From: Hydrolagus affinis
Lineage: Eukaryota
Assembly: GCA_012026655.1 (NCBI GenBank)
Contig: JAAILG010000124.1
Coordinates: 62,001-126,000 of the forward strand
Direction: 5' to 3'
DNA length: 64,000 nt
Part shown: positions 39,124-53,784 of the stretch, one piece after another
How the letters are laid out: every line of letters starts with the position of its first letter
Position numbering within the stretch: the first letter of the stretch is position 1
The notes under the pieces: model-generated
The model's input: only the letters and a program-made list of their open reading frames with translations
Database searches by the model: none
What the model was told of the DNA's origin: nothing
Program-made: the position numbers and the translations under genes

Positions 39124-39440
39124 GGAATCCTGTAGCTCAGTGGTTAGAGCATTCGCCTAACAAGCAAGAAACCTGGTTTTGATTCCAGACACGGTGAAAC
39201 TTTGGGCAAGTTTCCTTACTCCACATCCGTAATAATAATCCCTAAAAGAAAATTGGTTATTTCAATCCACGACTGTTTGTGGGACATTGCTGTGTGCAAT
39301 TGGTTGCCACGTTTCGCCCACATATATACAGTCAATTCACTTTACAGTATATTCTGTGAACCGCTTTGAGAGGTCTGGAAGACGTGAAAAGTGCTGTATC
39401 AAATGCAAGGATTATTATTCTTATTATTCTTCTTATTATT
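39124..39440 (+). mobile_element. Full-length Deu-SINE
   Basis: GGAATCCTGTAGCTCAGTGGTTAGAGCATTCGCCTAACAAGC head, Deu core and (ATT)n tail. Confidence 0.88.
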
Positions 39441-41344
39441 AATGGTGATTACTGGATATTGGTGTAAAAAGTACAGGTATTGAATAGTCACCATTTGATT
39501 ATTAAACATCTGCCATAACAATATTCTCAATAAAAAGAAGTAATGATGATACTTTTACATTTCATGAAATCATTTTTAGTTCAGGTTTCCAGTATTCAAT
39601 TAATTACACATTCCTTCACATGTGGAAAGGTGTAGCAGATGGAACTATTTTGCTCGTCTGTTATCTAACAGTTCCATCTGTTATAGCACAAGCTTTCTCA
39701 TCAGTGTGAAGTATTTTAATCATACATTAGTGAAAATTTATGTAAAACTGAGTTTATATAACATATGGAAAATTGGCTTCTCTAATCTTGTAGAAACATA
39801 AATATTTTAGAAAATATAAATGAGAACATTTAAGAAACAGTGTTGAGAATGACCATAAAACTTTTAGCAAGCTGAATAGTTCTGTTTAGTAACAATGTTC
39901 CCAGATCAATCACATTAAAAATGAATTATTCCACGCTTTATACTGTATTCTGTTCATTTGTGGACTGATGTGTGAAACACTTACACAAATGTACTGGAAG
40001 ATTTATTTTCACTTAGAATTGTCTAATTATATGATGTTTCTCTGTGTTTAAATTAGTTATATGGTTCATACATTTCTTAATGCATTTTTTCTTGCTCTTG
40101 GTCATTTATTATATTTGTCCAGAGTGACCAGACTGGTCATTACCTTCTGCATAAATGTTGTCAATGCTAGTTTATAATAGGATGGCAGAATTTATTACTG
40201 CAGATATTTATGCAGCCTCAATTTACTCCCTTCTAGAAGCCTAGCCATGAAATGGTGAAACCCCAATATAAATTAGCACTGCAGGAGAATAGAGGATAAA
40301 CCTGGAGGAAATAAATCTAGGGCTGTTGAACAAGAACAATTTATTGGTGCAGTCATTCCTAATCCTGACTGTCTGGTCAAAAACAATGATCATACACTTT
40401 GAGGCTGCCATTCTTAGTTCTTTTTATTATTAATTTAACTTTTCTTTCTTACTATCTGGCTCATTTACTTTTTAGTTCATTTTCCTTTTTAGAAACTATC
40501 TACAGTTGTTTTACACTGTCTTTTTCCCAACCACATCTCTTTTCAGTTAGTGAACAGTGCCAGTCCAGCAGTCCAGACCTTATACGAAGGTAAATTTCAT
40601 TCCTTCTAATCACTTTCTCACTGTTCACAATATCAATCATAGACCGTGAAGCTAGAAATAGAGCCGTATATGTGACTAGAAGTATTCATGGTGTTATCAG
40701 TATATCCACATGTCCTGTGTCAAGTGGATTGATGCTTTCATTTAACAAAGACGTGTATTTTCCATTAAACAGTAATATCCAGATTATAATTTTATTTTCA
40801 TCTATTACCACCTGGGATCACTTTTTGAAAATTATAAGTTGATGGAATAACATGTGTTGTCCACATCTATATCTTCTGACAACTGAAAATTGTCCTGCAA
40901 CTTTTATCCCTCAACTGCCTGGAATTTTTCACCTAAGTACAACAAGTTGAAAACAATACACTCTGCTTTGAGCGAAGAAAAGAGAAGGGGGCAATGAAAG
41001 AACAGTATTACTGACTAGTTAAAGTGGCCTATCGCTGGATGTGCAGCAGGGAGAAGGGTTTAATTGGAAACAAAGATTTGTAGAGGTAAGCTATTCTACA
41101 TATAATAACAATACGGCTGTAAAAGTTGAAGTGGAGCCATATACTGTGGCATAATTATTATAATGGTGAATAATATTTGTAATGTATTCAAGCACCTATA
41201 ATTTTAGCGTTAACTGTTGCCCATAATCTAACGTTAACTATGAAATCATTAATCAACCTTTGTAACAAAATAGCTATACAAACTTCTATCACATAATATG
41301 CATACTGTATATGCAAAATGCACACACTCACTTTTAATGTCTTT

Positions 41345-41680
41345 TAGATCATGAGGAGATTTGATAGGTTGAAACTGGAAAAACTGTTTCCATTGGCATG
41401 TGGGTCATTAACCCTAGGATACTGATTTAAGATAATTGTTAAAAGAAACAGAGGGTAGGAAATATTTTTTTCACCCAGCGAGTTGTTCGGATGTCGAATG
41501 CATTACCTGAACAGGTGGTGGAAGCCGATTCAATAACAACTTTTAAGAGAGAATTAAATGGGTATTTGGGGAGGACAAGATTACAGGGCTATGGAGAGAA
41601 AGCAGGCCAGTGGGATTGAGTTGGACAAGCGCAGACACGATGGGCCAAATGGCCTCCTTCTGTGCTGTATGATTCTATGT
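41345..41680 (+). mobile_element. CR1 LINE 3' end, about 335 bp
   Basis: TTTTCACCCAGCGAGTTGTTCGGATGTCGAATGCATTACCTG...GATGGGCCAAATGGCCTCCTTCTGTGCTGTATGATTCTATG. Confidence 0.85.
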
Positions 41681-44600
41681 TTTCCCCACCAAAATTGGTG
41701 CATCTACTAGCACTGACATCATTCGACTGCTCAACAAAAATGTAAATCTGTGAACAGAATTATTTTATGTTCAGTCATTTTCCGCTTAATGTATTGAACA
41801 GGAAAAAGAAAACATTAAAAATATATTTATCTATCAGAGAGAGTTTTCAGCCAGAACTAATAGGATTTTCTCGTGCCTTTTAATTTCTGGTTTTTTTGTG
41901 CTCATCATAGTAATATACAGTATATCAGTTTACATTTCCCATGTCAACCATCCACATAAGTTCTCTGAGTAAGACTGCCAATTAGTGCTGAATTATTTGC
42001 AACTTTATGTGGTGAATTCACACTCATTGGGAATTAGACTCATAGTCATCAGAAAGAGAAGACTTTCATTGCCTCAGTCTAAATTGGATTGGAGCCCAGT
42101 TGTGAAATATCTCACTCAGCAATCACCAATTATTTCCCCTGTCACTAAGAGAACACTTGTAGGTGTGCAAACATCCACATTGTAAGTAGTCTTTTTTCAA
42201 CAAAAATAACTTTTCACTTTGTATGGCTGGACCCTCACGGACTTTAGCTCTATTTTCACAAAGAAATTAGATCCAAGAATGTGTTTGTAATTAGATCTAA
42301 GAATCGCTCTTCACCACAGAATAGAAATGTAATTATGAAGTCACTGCTTCACTGGATAGTCAATATGACTATGGGTTCAACTTTGTGGTGAAAGCCTAAA
42401 CCATGAGGTTGTCATAAAAGTTGTTGTTATACTGTACTTAGTGGGTGGAGGGATTAAGGAAGAAATGGGCTGGAAAAAATCACCGTATTTTTAGCAAAAA
42501 AAAATCTAGAACATTAACCAGAAGGCGTTGATTAATCTTTGAGATGACTAAACTAAATATTTGACAGGTTCAATAAATTAAAGTGAAATGGGGTAAATTT
42601 CATGTCATTAATAACAGAGAGAAAGAAATAGCAATGGCAGGGCAGGGACACCAATATTGTTTCCAAGCTACCAAGTTTTTTTCTCTACTAACAAAAGTCA
42701 GAAAGCAATATGCCATAACTTAATTCTTATTAACTCAGGGTCAGTATTAATGTCAATATCTTCAGATTCCCAAATAAATATTATTTACGCTGTGTGCATT
42801 GTTACTGTTGAATTAATTTATATTTTACAGCATACCTATGGAGTCTCTTACTGTTGATGGACATGAATAAACTCAGTTTATTGCAGAATTAAAAATTTTT
42901 GTAGCTTCCATTATAAATTGAAATGGAATGTTCACTTTAGTGCAGATATTTCCAGACATATCTGTCTTACAATGTCTTCTACTCTGTCCTCAGACTTTCA
43001 ATTGGATAATCTTTGATAGTGCTTTGGAAGGAAGTAAACAAGGTCATTAATCTGCACTAGAGATGACTTGTCTCCTACCACAATAAATTTTGTCTGGAGA
43101 GTGCTTGACAGCAAGGTTGTTTCTTTGTAATTTGGTTTAACCTCTTATCTCCTGAAATTCCTCTTTGATTTTGCAGAATATGAACATATTTTTGTAATGT
43201 CCAAAGATAGTGCTTTAGAATATTTGGGGAGTGAAAAAATACATAATTTCATAACAGACTTTGTTATCACATCAAACCCATTATGAAATACCCTTTTGCC
43301 TTTATGCTACAGAATTTTGCTAGATACAACAATACAGTGTATGTCATAACACTGCATCCTAATTGGTAGTGAAACATTTGAATGGAAATATAACTTATCT
43401 CTATTTAAAAAGGATATGTGTTTCAGAGAAAAATGGGGTAGAATAAGATACTAATTATGTTATATAAAGGATGGGCTTGACTATTAAAGGATTCCTGAGT
43501 ACAGCTGCTTGTGTGATATTCATATTTGTAGATATTACAAGAACAACAACTTGCATTTATATAACACTCCTATGTAGGTTAGCGTCCCAGAGCACTTAAG
43601 TTGCAGCGTTTACCTACAAAAATACAGGCCATCCACCCAGTATATCTGGTGAAGAGCTTTCAGATGTCCTCCTAATGTGAAAGGGACTACATCAAATGTA
43701 AGGATTATTTTTATTTGTTATCAGGATAATTTTCGTAACACACAGTAAGTCCTTGTATCAATGATTTCCAACTGCACCATATTCGTATGCCACTCAATAT
43801 ATCAAAATGTTGTGGAAACAAATAAAGAATTGTAAAGAAACAGAAAGAGAAGAGCTTGTGAGCACAGTGTGTTGATTCTGTTACATGCTGTGCCATGAAA
43901 TGGTAGAATGCGCTTGATTCTTCACCTGGCACGGATCTTGATCTTTGTTATGCTGTCACAGAGAAGCATCAAGTGAAGGTGAAATGATTTCCCATAGGGA
44001 GAGGGGAGAAATTGGAGGGTGAGTGAACTTGTGCCACACTTATTCCCCTTTTAGCATCGTCTTAAATAGAATGAATTACATGTCCACCAGTCAGCATGCA
44101 AGAAGGAATACACAGATTTCAGCTTCTCACTGAAATTGTGTATTTTAACTTCTGAGTTTCCTTTTAATATTGATTGTTGGCTTTTCTAGCTTCATTGTTT
44201 CTTTTTGCAAGAAATACTTTGCAATGTTACATCTTTTTTTAACGTCAGTGCAATGTGGTTCTTCAGTACAATCAAAACTTAGTCTGGAATTACTTTAGGT
44301 GCAGCAAGACAGTAAAATGAGAGTCTTCAGCCACTGGTTTATTTCCCTCCTTAAATCATTCCGATCTATTTGTGTTTAAAGATTTCAGAGAAAATAAAAC
44401 CATCCGGAATTTGACCAGTATACCAAATAAATTAACACATTTAATTGTTGTTTACATTGAATCTCATAAATTTCATAAATATTGAAAAGTTCATCAGCAA
44501 TATTTAACTATGATTGTCTATTTGTTTCATCAGTTTATATTTCCTCATAACTGGTTTCTACCATTTTATCATTAATAATGCTTAATAATTTTATTAATTT

Positions 44601-44859
44601 GTTGTTTATTATGATGCTTTTTTCCAGTGTGTTACATTCATCTCTTGATCTGGTTTTGTTTTCATCGATGATCCACTCTAACTTTTATTTGACATGTAAT
44701 TATGCAGAAAAAGACATCTCATGTCTCATCTTGCACTATTTCAATTGTTTCATAGCTATCAAAAAGAATGTTCAAACTTCATTCTGGAATTTGATTTGTG
44801 TCTCATCTTGTGTTACCTTGAACAATTCATTAGATGGTCCGAGAAATGTTGAAAGCTCT

Positions 44860-45245
44860 TAATAATAATAATTATCCTTGCATTTGATACAGCGCTTTTC
44901 ACTTCTTCTAGACAGTACTGTGAAGTTAAATTGACAGTATATTTGTGGGTGAAACGTAGCAGCCAATTGTGCATGGGTGGGCTAGGCGGGGAATGTGGAG
45001 CAGGCTGGAAACTGCTGAGTGGAGGGAGCGCACGGTTTGATTATGGAGTCAGCAGGTCACAGTGGAGGAGCCAGGCCGTGGGGGTCCTTGACAGTGAAGG
45101 CCAGGATCTTGAACTGTATCCTCTGGGTGATTGGGTCACGGAGCCTGTTATAGGAGAGGACATGAGCTGCAAAGTTCTGGATGATCTACAGCTTGTGGAG
45201 GGAGGAGTAGATGAGACCATCCAATGAAAGATGCTCAGTCTCGTG
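44860..45245 (-). mobile_element. Deu-SINE 3' part abutting an L2 ORF2 fragment
   Basis: SINE antisense sequence at 44860-44985, then L2 antisense GGAGGAGCCAGGCCGTGGGGTCCTTGACAGTGAAGGCCAGGATCTTGAA. Confidence 0.7.
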
Positions 45246-45660
45246 CTGAAGCTTTTTTTTATCTCATTGATACATTGTCTGAAAAGTTGAAATGTGCAGC
45301 ATTCCATTCCTTATCATTTCAGTGTTGTGCTGTAGCATTTGATGAAGCTGATGCTGTTTAGGAGATAATAGATTCAGATTCACATCACTTTGGAACATCT
45401 TGGGTATGTTCACCTGGGACAAAGGGCTGGGCTCTCCTTTCGTTCTGCAATGTCAGATTACTGTGTCAGTGATAAATTATCATTTTGTACAAATCATGTT
45501 TTAGACACAAATATCCAGGTTTATCTTTCAAGAAATATTTGTCATTTATTTTGAAACGTCATCTTAATAATCGTCGATTTCTCACTAATGCAATAACAAC
45601 AAGTAGAATGAGCTACTAATTTGCTGTGTGTAATGTTTTTATGCCCTGTAATTTTAACAT

Positions 45661-46020
45661 TATAATAATAATATTTCTGGTATTTGATACAGCGCCTTAT
45701 TCCATTTTCGAGACATCTCAAAGCGCTTCATAGTATATACTGCAAAGGGAATTGACGACACTTTGTGGGCAAAACACGGCAGCCAATTGTACACAGCAAC
45801 TTCCCACAAACAGTCGTGAATTGAGTGACTAATTTATTTTTATTTATTTTGTATGGAATCTTGCCCATCCTATCCTGGGCAGTTGAAGGTGCCTTCAATT
45901 AATTATCTATTAACTACCAAGTTAGTAAGTGTGAAAGGTATTTATCCAATGTATTGAGATGTTTAGAAGATGTGGAAAGTGCTATATCAAATGCAAGGGT
46001 TATTATTATTATTATTATTG
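45661..46020. mobile_element. Deu-SINE (minus, about 45661-45860) and a SINE tail (plus, about 45950-46020)
   Basis: GACATCTCAAAGCGCTTCATAG...CCCACAAACAGTCGTG, and GTGCTATATCAAATGCAAGGGTT(ATT)n. Confidence 0.75.
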
Positions 46021-46278
46021 CCCCTTCCTGCCTGTTCTAAAAAGATAAGGATCCTCATATTCCATTGAATCTATAGAGCAAATACATTTGAACATCATTT
46101 GAGGTGGAAATTTTATTTTAATCTGAAGAGAAATTCAGTGCGTGAGCTAGATTTACTTTACTGTACCTTGTTTGTCAAGCATTTTTATTTTACACTTTAG
46201 AAAGAATGTTGATTTTGTTATAAAGGACTAAAATTACATTTTCAGCGGCATCAGATTTTAGCTTCTCTATTTTCACAG

Positions 46279-46381
46279 AGGAAAGGAGGTTGGCCATGAT
46301 GTGGACTTTTTGATAACCTGTCCCGAGGCAGGGAAGGAAGAAGGAATTCTCCGTAAAGCAGTCAATCGGATGAACAATCAG
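46279..46381 (+). CDS. DNTT: TdT exon 8 (catalytic DxD), 103 nt
   Basis: tttcacag| acceptor and CAG|gtggtt donor. Reads (R)GKEVGHDVDFLITCPEAGKEEGILRKAVNRMNNQ. GHDVDF carries two catalytic Asp and the His shared by TdT and Pol mu. Confidence 0.97.
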
Positions 46382-47618
46382 GTGGTTATCACATAATAAA
46401 GCAGCAAAGAGATTCACACTCTCACTTTCAAAATACTGTACAACACTTTTTGTTCAACAATAAATTGCACTATTTTGTCCAAAAGGCAAAAGACAGGAAC
46501 TACTACACGGTAAATATTAATCACAAATTAATCAAAAAGTAACAACATAGCTGTGCCCTTTGAAGATCTGAACAAGTTTGGTCTTCCATTCATCATATGA
46601 CCACAGTTAAGGTAGTCTACCGCAGACAACTCTATGAATAATGGATATATGATGAGCTGAAAAGGTTGAATAGGTCATAACCCCCGAGATCAAAGAACAA
46701 GTGGTTTACAACCATTATCTGAACTCCAACATTAAATTACAATGTCTTGTTTTTAAATCTATATACTTTTTAAGTTACATTTGGGAGTTTTGTAACATTT
46801 TCAGATTTGCACAAAGCAGCTGACAGTATGTTCCAGATCGGTTCCTGTGTCCAATATTAGTAAAGATTAACAATACTAAATTATTAATAACTTTTCTGAC
46901 ACTTTCTGCTTTAAACTTCCAAAAGACAGATTAATGCATGTTGATGACTTCCTTTGAGTTTTATTGGAAAATAATTGACGTTTAATTACAGCAAAGTAAA
47001 ATATCCAGTATAGTATTTTGTAAGTCACCAGTCCCAAATAAATTGGAGTAATGATATCTTGCAATTAGGTCAAAAATGTCACCAGGGAAACAATACATTT
47101 TATTTTTAAGTCACACTATTGTCCACTAACCAGCAAAATGCATGCCTTGCTCTGGAAAACAATGTCTTTCACAGTCAGCACAGAATGTGACAGTCCTCTG
47201 GAGGTAGTGATAAAGTGAAGGTAGCAAGGGTTGACTTCTTGCACCGTAACCTTGTCATAAGAAATCACATCCTGAAAGGGTTTAGCATTAGCAATTAGAA
47301 ATGGTCTGATACAGCCTCTCTGGCCTTCTATGTGCAAGAGCAGATTTGTCACATGAAATGTCCTTGTAACATTTTTCTTCTTCCGTATTTTATCAAACGT
47401 GCAAACTCATACGTTTCCTTCAAACTCAGGAAGAAAAAGATTGAATTTCACTGTTTTGACAGATGCTGTAAAAATGTTCCAACTAAAGGTCAATGACAGA
47501 TGTGCCTTTAGTTATATTTGTGATGTATGATTTGTGAATAAGTTTGATAATTTTACACTGTTCCTCAGCATCGTTTACAATTCCAGTCAATGTTTGACAT
47601 GCACACTCTCTTTCTTAG

Positions 47619-48065
<447 letters not shown>

Positions 48066-49189
48066 TAGTTATCAAGTAAACATTTTCAGTACAGAAGGAG
48101 ACCATTCAGCCCATTGTGTCTGTCCCACCTGTACTATTGTGGGGAGTTTTTGAGCGTTTGCATCATAGAACAAGAGACACATTAAAAGGCACTTCAGAGA
48201 TCTTTATAGCAATCTGTGCAGCATGCGTGTCAGAGGCCTTGGAATAGGCCGCTTGCAATAGGTGCAAAATATAATTGATAAGAAATACTAGAATTGTATC
48301 TTCTTGTTTGTATCTTCTTGCATCTCTTGTTCATTGTCAACAATCTTTATTTTTATTCTTCATACTTTAATCTGTATCTTAATCTTTGCAATCTGACTCA
48401 CTTTACATTTGTTCTCTGTCATCTTCTGAATGGCCGTGATCTTTACCTTAGGCTCTCCGTGCAGGTTTCCTTTTCTCTTGCAGCAATCTCTGTAGTTTCT
48501 CTTCCTCTCTCTTTTTCACCACCTGACAGCTGACCAGTGATCATAGCTTTGCCTTTGGAGAATATACAAAGGTTATTGGTTGCAGATGATTGGTCAGTCA
48601 GCCCTAGCAATTGGATTGTGCTCTGACAATATCTAAGAATATCTCAAGATCAAAAGTCAGAGTGAATGTCATCTCAAATCTCAATGGCAGACCCCTTAAT
48701 ATGAAATGTCTTGGTGTCTATTGTAAAGACTAATCATGTGGTGACAGATGAGACTATCCAATTAGGTATTTGTGAATTTGCCAAATTGGGCTCTTTCTTA
48801 AAGGGCACAGGAGCTTAGGATACAGTTGAGTGAATTGGGATATTTCTGTGAAAATTGGGATATTCGCCAAGCATACAAACTGTCCAGTCAGCTCATCATG
48901 ACAGACTATATTTAACTTTCTTTTACATTTTCACCAAGGGAAACAATCCTCATAAAAAATAACAGATGGTCAAGGGATGAATTACAGCAATGTTTGGGTC
49001 ACTGATTGGTTAGGGACTTGAAGTCCTTGAGTGATGACATACTATGATACTTATGAAGTTTATGTCCTTCATTTTATTCTATAATTAATCCAGATAAGGA
49101 ACGTGTATTTCAGTGGAGTGGGGGTGGGGGGAAATGGAGGGTGCCGTAAGGGCATAAGTAGTGAGCAAAGTGAGTGGATTTGGCAAAGG

Positions 49190-49370
49190 GCTATGGTGTG
49201 ATGTTCAGGTCGGGGACACGAAGAACATCAAGGTTGTCCAATATCTGGTTCAACTAGGATGAGCAGGTTGGAAGGTGATGGACTAGAGCCAGGGGAACTT
49301 AGGTGTTGCCAAAAGTAAACCAGACAAAATGGTTTCAGTCTCGTTGATGATATTCAATGGAAAAAAAAGT
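49190..49370 (-). mobile_element. Old L2 reverse-transcriptase C-terminal remnant
   Basis: CATCAAGGTTGTCCAATATCTGGTTCAA and CAAAATGGTTTCAGTCTC resemble L2 antisense sequence around the LNxxKTE region. Confidence 0.5.
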
Positions 49371-50272
49371 TTAGTCTCATGAATGAATGTTCCAGTTATT
49401 TTATGACAATTATACATTAAAACACTGAGCATGCCTACATTTTAATAACATCTCAGTTTTCTATTTCAGCATAAAATGCTAATTATAGCCACATAAAACC
49501 ATTTCTTTTCATATAATGTTGATATATAAAGTAGATCTATTACTATTATGTAGTAATCCCTGCAAAGTTGTTTGCAGCTCACAATGTAATTAAGTCATTA
49601 TGAAAATGAATGCAACTATGTCACATAACATGTCAATTGGGATTAATTTTTAACCAAAACAGAATTTTTAGAATCTCCCAGGCTTCAGACAATGAGCAAT
49701 GAAATCTAAAAGCAATTTAAGGAATAATAGTGCCCAAACCTTAAGTGACTTTGTACAGTCTAACCACTGATTGATGTTATGAATCATTCTGAATCATTAG
49801 CCTACCGTTTTTTGTGAGTTTGCTTTTCTTTACAAAAATTGCTAATTTCAATATTTTGCAGTGATTTCATATAAATTCTGGATTGCCTACTCTCTGTAAG
49901 ATTAGAGGAAAAGAACACACATAGAGTATATATTATTTGTTTGCAAGATATTCTAGTGTTCGCTTTTGGATGAATACATGAACTACTGTTTTCATGCTCT
50001 ATGGATATCATGAGAACTCTCAGTTGTGCTACTGGCTCTGAACACAGTGGGAACAATTTCCTCTGTATAGTAATTTATTGCAACAATTCCCAGGATTAAG
50101 GTATAAAAGGTTGTAGCTGTTTTTGACTGCACAACAATGATTAAATGCAAATGTACATATCTCAATTTTTGGCAGGTGGGTGGACACATATGGGACAAAG
50201 ATTTTGTCTGGATTGTGCGTGAACATTATACATAAATAATTAAGCATGATAATTTAGGACTTTACTCTAGAT

Positions 50273-50495
50273 CAGTGGTGGGAAACTTTTTTGGTCAGCA
50301 AACCAAATACATTTTTTTAATTGAATGTTTCTTGATTTATGGCCACACCTTCAACATCAGTACTCAGCAGCCACTGGAAACAAAACATTGATTCCAAACA
50401 ATCTCACCTAGGCTAGTGTGAATATTCGACGGGACACTTCTTGATGTCCCTATAGGGCCACTTATGGCTCACGAGCCATCAGTTACCCACCACCA
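50273..50495. mobile_element. Degenerate hAT (Charlie-like) MITE
   Basis: Ends CAGTGGTGGGAAACT / AGTTACCCACCACCA, a subterminal GGCTCACGAGCC palindrome, and a left flank CTCTAGAT that fits the Charlie target preference. The right TSD is not recognisable. Confidence 0.6.
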
Positions 50496-53400
50496 ATACA
50501 TGTTCCCTTAGGATATTGATAAAATGCAGTATGTTTATGAACTGATATTTTATCATCTTTGGATATTTTATCATCTATAATTAATATTTTATCATCTTCG
50601 GTTCTTAAAATGCATCCGATGTACAGTGGTTTGTATTTAATCTTACTAAAATAGATTTTAGAAACAGGACTAGCTTTACTATCTTCGGATTTTAAAAATA
50701 CACCTAATCTTACCCGAATCGATTTCAAAATGAGAAATAGTTACGCTTGACATACTGCAGGGGTGAACTCACAAAATGTTGCAGAGATGCTTCCTTTTGT
50801 GTTTAATTCCCAATGTAACCATTAGAGACATCTCTGTAGTGCTCTGGCATGCTGCTTATAGGAGATGCAGGCAGCTGCAAAACCCTAATTATACTGACCT
50901 AGCTTGGCTCAGTGGATACAAAAGAGAACATTTTCTGTTTCCGAATAATTTAAGCAATAAAGATTAAAGAGGAACGCCTAGTTTAACTAGAGTCCTGAAA
51001 ATAAAACTGAGGAAAAACATAAATTCTTGTGTCAATGTATTTTTTTATGAAGGAAATTAATTATTAGAGCTTTAAACATCAATTTAAAAATAGATATTAC
51101 TCTACATACACTGACTACACGTTTCGACTCTCATATAATTTTTTGAGAAAATATAAAAGAGTACAGAGAACCTGGATTGCAATTCTGTATTCCATGGAGA
51201 GAAGTACTCCATAAAATGTCACAATCTCAAATTCAGGAGCGTGAGGTTGAAATAAACAGATTATTCTACACTGAGGAAAGTTAACTTGTGGAATAATTTC
51301 CAGTGAAGGCCAATAGAGTAAATAGTGACCATGATTAACAGCGCACCTCTTTATACTATATTACTGGTGTTTCTGATGTTTTCACCCATGTTATACACTA
51401 TTTTAGCAAATAGCCATAAGTAGTAACCAAGGAAGTAAAGTGCACACAATCAAAAAGAACAATTACAAAAACAACAAAATTACGTTTGTGTAGCGCCTTT
51501 CATGTCAGGAGGATGTCCCACTTGCTTTTCATGAAAAACACTAGATTTTCATCTTAACATTTTACTAACAAACATACAAAAAGATCAAAGTACATATGTA
51601 CACAAAAAGGTCAAAGTACATGCTCCGTGTAAATCTGAGTATGGAGATCACATCAGTATTGATGCTCAATGATGGTGTCTCTACGCATTTTTTATTTACT
51701 ACTCAAAATTGCAAGTAAGTGAGCATAGATATTTCCTGAACCCCAGAAATAATCAAGCAAAAAATCCAGAATATACTGTACATTCATCCAATGTTTTCAT
51801 AATTTAAATTTACCGTCTCTGCAGTATTTTTGGGTGAGTGTGGTGGAGGGAGGTAAAGAGTATGGTCAATAGCAATCTCATAGTCATACATATTATTTTC
51901 AATCCTGAATGAATTGGCAAAAAAATAAATCAAGGGAGGTCTCACAGAATTTATAGGTTTGTAAAAAACCATCTACCCTAATAATGCAGTTGTGTTGATA
52001 TGTTACACTCCCTGTAGTCCAGAGATATACATATTGCTGAAATTGGAGATGGCTTCATATTTGGTTACACATAGACCTGAAATGTTCTGACCCTCACAAG
52101 CTGAAGTCAAAGCCAATGCGTAAAGACAACTGAATTATCAACCCTATAAAGCAAGTGCATCTGTTTCCCCTTGTGATAGCTTCATAGTTTGTTTTCTCAT
52201 GAATCAGTTGGCATGAAAATGTCTGGCAACTGTTCATTTTATACTAAAACGCCCATGAGGGCTAAATATATCACGGCAATTTTCAAAATACAGTACTATG
52301 GGGACATTTATGATTATTTGGAGCCTTAGCATTTCAGATGTTCTAGCTCGGCCCAAAACAAGCCAGCTCAGGGACATTGATGCTCAGGGACATTTTTAAC
52401 TACACTTTATCTTGAATTGGAAATATACATAGAAGCATTAGGAATTTAATTAAATCTGTTATTAGTCTTTAGATATACACTATACAATAAAATCACATAT
52501 AGAGGTACTGAATGAAGTGAGCATAGAAAACAACAACTTGCGTTTATATAGCACACCTCACCCAGGGTATAATTCTAGAACACTTAAGAATTAGACTCAT
52601 AATTACATATTATGATTCTAATTCTCCAATTGCCTACAAACCTTGACAGAGTGAGTTTGTGATGCAATTTAAAAGTCATAAACTCATTCAATTAGTAAAT
52701 TTACTGACCAGAGGGTAAGCTCAACAAATTTATCAATCTTCACTGAATTATCCCATTTGCAGAGAAATGTGTGTAGTATACAGTATATGGACTATATCGA
52801 TGCAATATGTGATTAACATGTGAACATGCAATATTTTGTGATTAATCATTTTGACATTCTAATATTGCAGGTGTGAAAATTGAATGTAAGTAAATAAATA
52901 ATAATAATCCTTCATTTGATATAGTGCCTTTCATGTTGGAAGAAGAAAAATGATTAAAAGCACGGTTGAAAAGATAGGGCTGAAGGCGGGTTTAATAGGA
53001 GGGAGGGAAGGACTGAGGCAACAACAACAAATTAAATTTGTAAAGCGCTTTCAGAGGCAATTTGGGATAGAGTTCCATAGAATATCAGCAAATACCATTT
53101 TCTTGGATATGTTGCAATGGAAGAATGGATGAGAAATCTTGTCCACAGATGTTGGATGGATTGGGCAAGAGACATAAAGCATAAGTGTTGGCTGAGTGGA
53201 CACAGCTGCTAAGATGGTAGGTTTGCAGGATTGTGAAAAAAATATTGTTTTTAATGTTTGCCTCCTACCTGTACCAGATGAAAAGATTTGCTAGATACTT
53301 TTTCTTAAAAAAATACACCTTGAAAATCTTTGATAGGAAAGCTTTCTTCCTCTATTCAGGCATTTTGCTTCTCTTCTTTGATCACCACATGAAGGTCTCC

Positions 53401-53700
53401 ATGTGCTGGCTGAGTGTTACAGCTTCTCGTTTGATGGCCATCTGGTGCTCAATGTGAGAGGCTACAGATAGACTTATCCTCTTAGAGTCTCCCTTCAAGG
53501 GAAGTGGAGGCATTTACTTCTGAACTCAACAAGTACAGAAATGTTTTCCTGTTGTGGTACACTGAAACAGTAGCAGAAAAACTTTCATAACTACTTCTGA
53601 AAAGCACAATTTTTACTGGATGCCTGACATTGTGATGACAAATTTTGTCAACAGTAATAGGAAGTAATAATGACTTTTTTGTATCTTATCGTTTATGCAG

Positions 53701-53784
53701 CACTTTGAACGTGACCTGAGAAGGTTTTCCTACCACGAGAAACATATGAACCTGGACAATCATTTTTTGTACGATAGAACCAAG
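53701..53784 (+). CDS. DNTT: TdT exon 10 (thumb, SD2 motif), 84 nt
   Basis: tttatgcag| acceptor and AAG|gtacat donor. Reads HFERDLRRFSYHEKHMNLDNHFLYDRTK. DNH is the TdT signature; Pol mu has NSH. Confidence 0.96.

Noticed and set aside
39124-39200. tRNA-Val gene calls at the SINE heads (also 1919, 15180, 25340, 37155)
   Set aside because: There is no acceptor stem, copies differ in the anticodon loop, and each head continues into the SINE body.
51117-51135. ACGTTTCGACTCTCA, resembling half of a hammerhead or Penelope motif
   Set aside because: There is no matching CUGANGA box or stem II on the minus strand.
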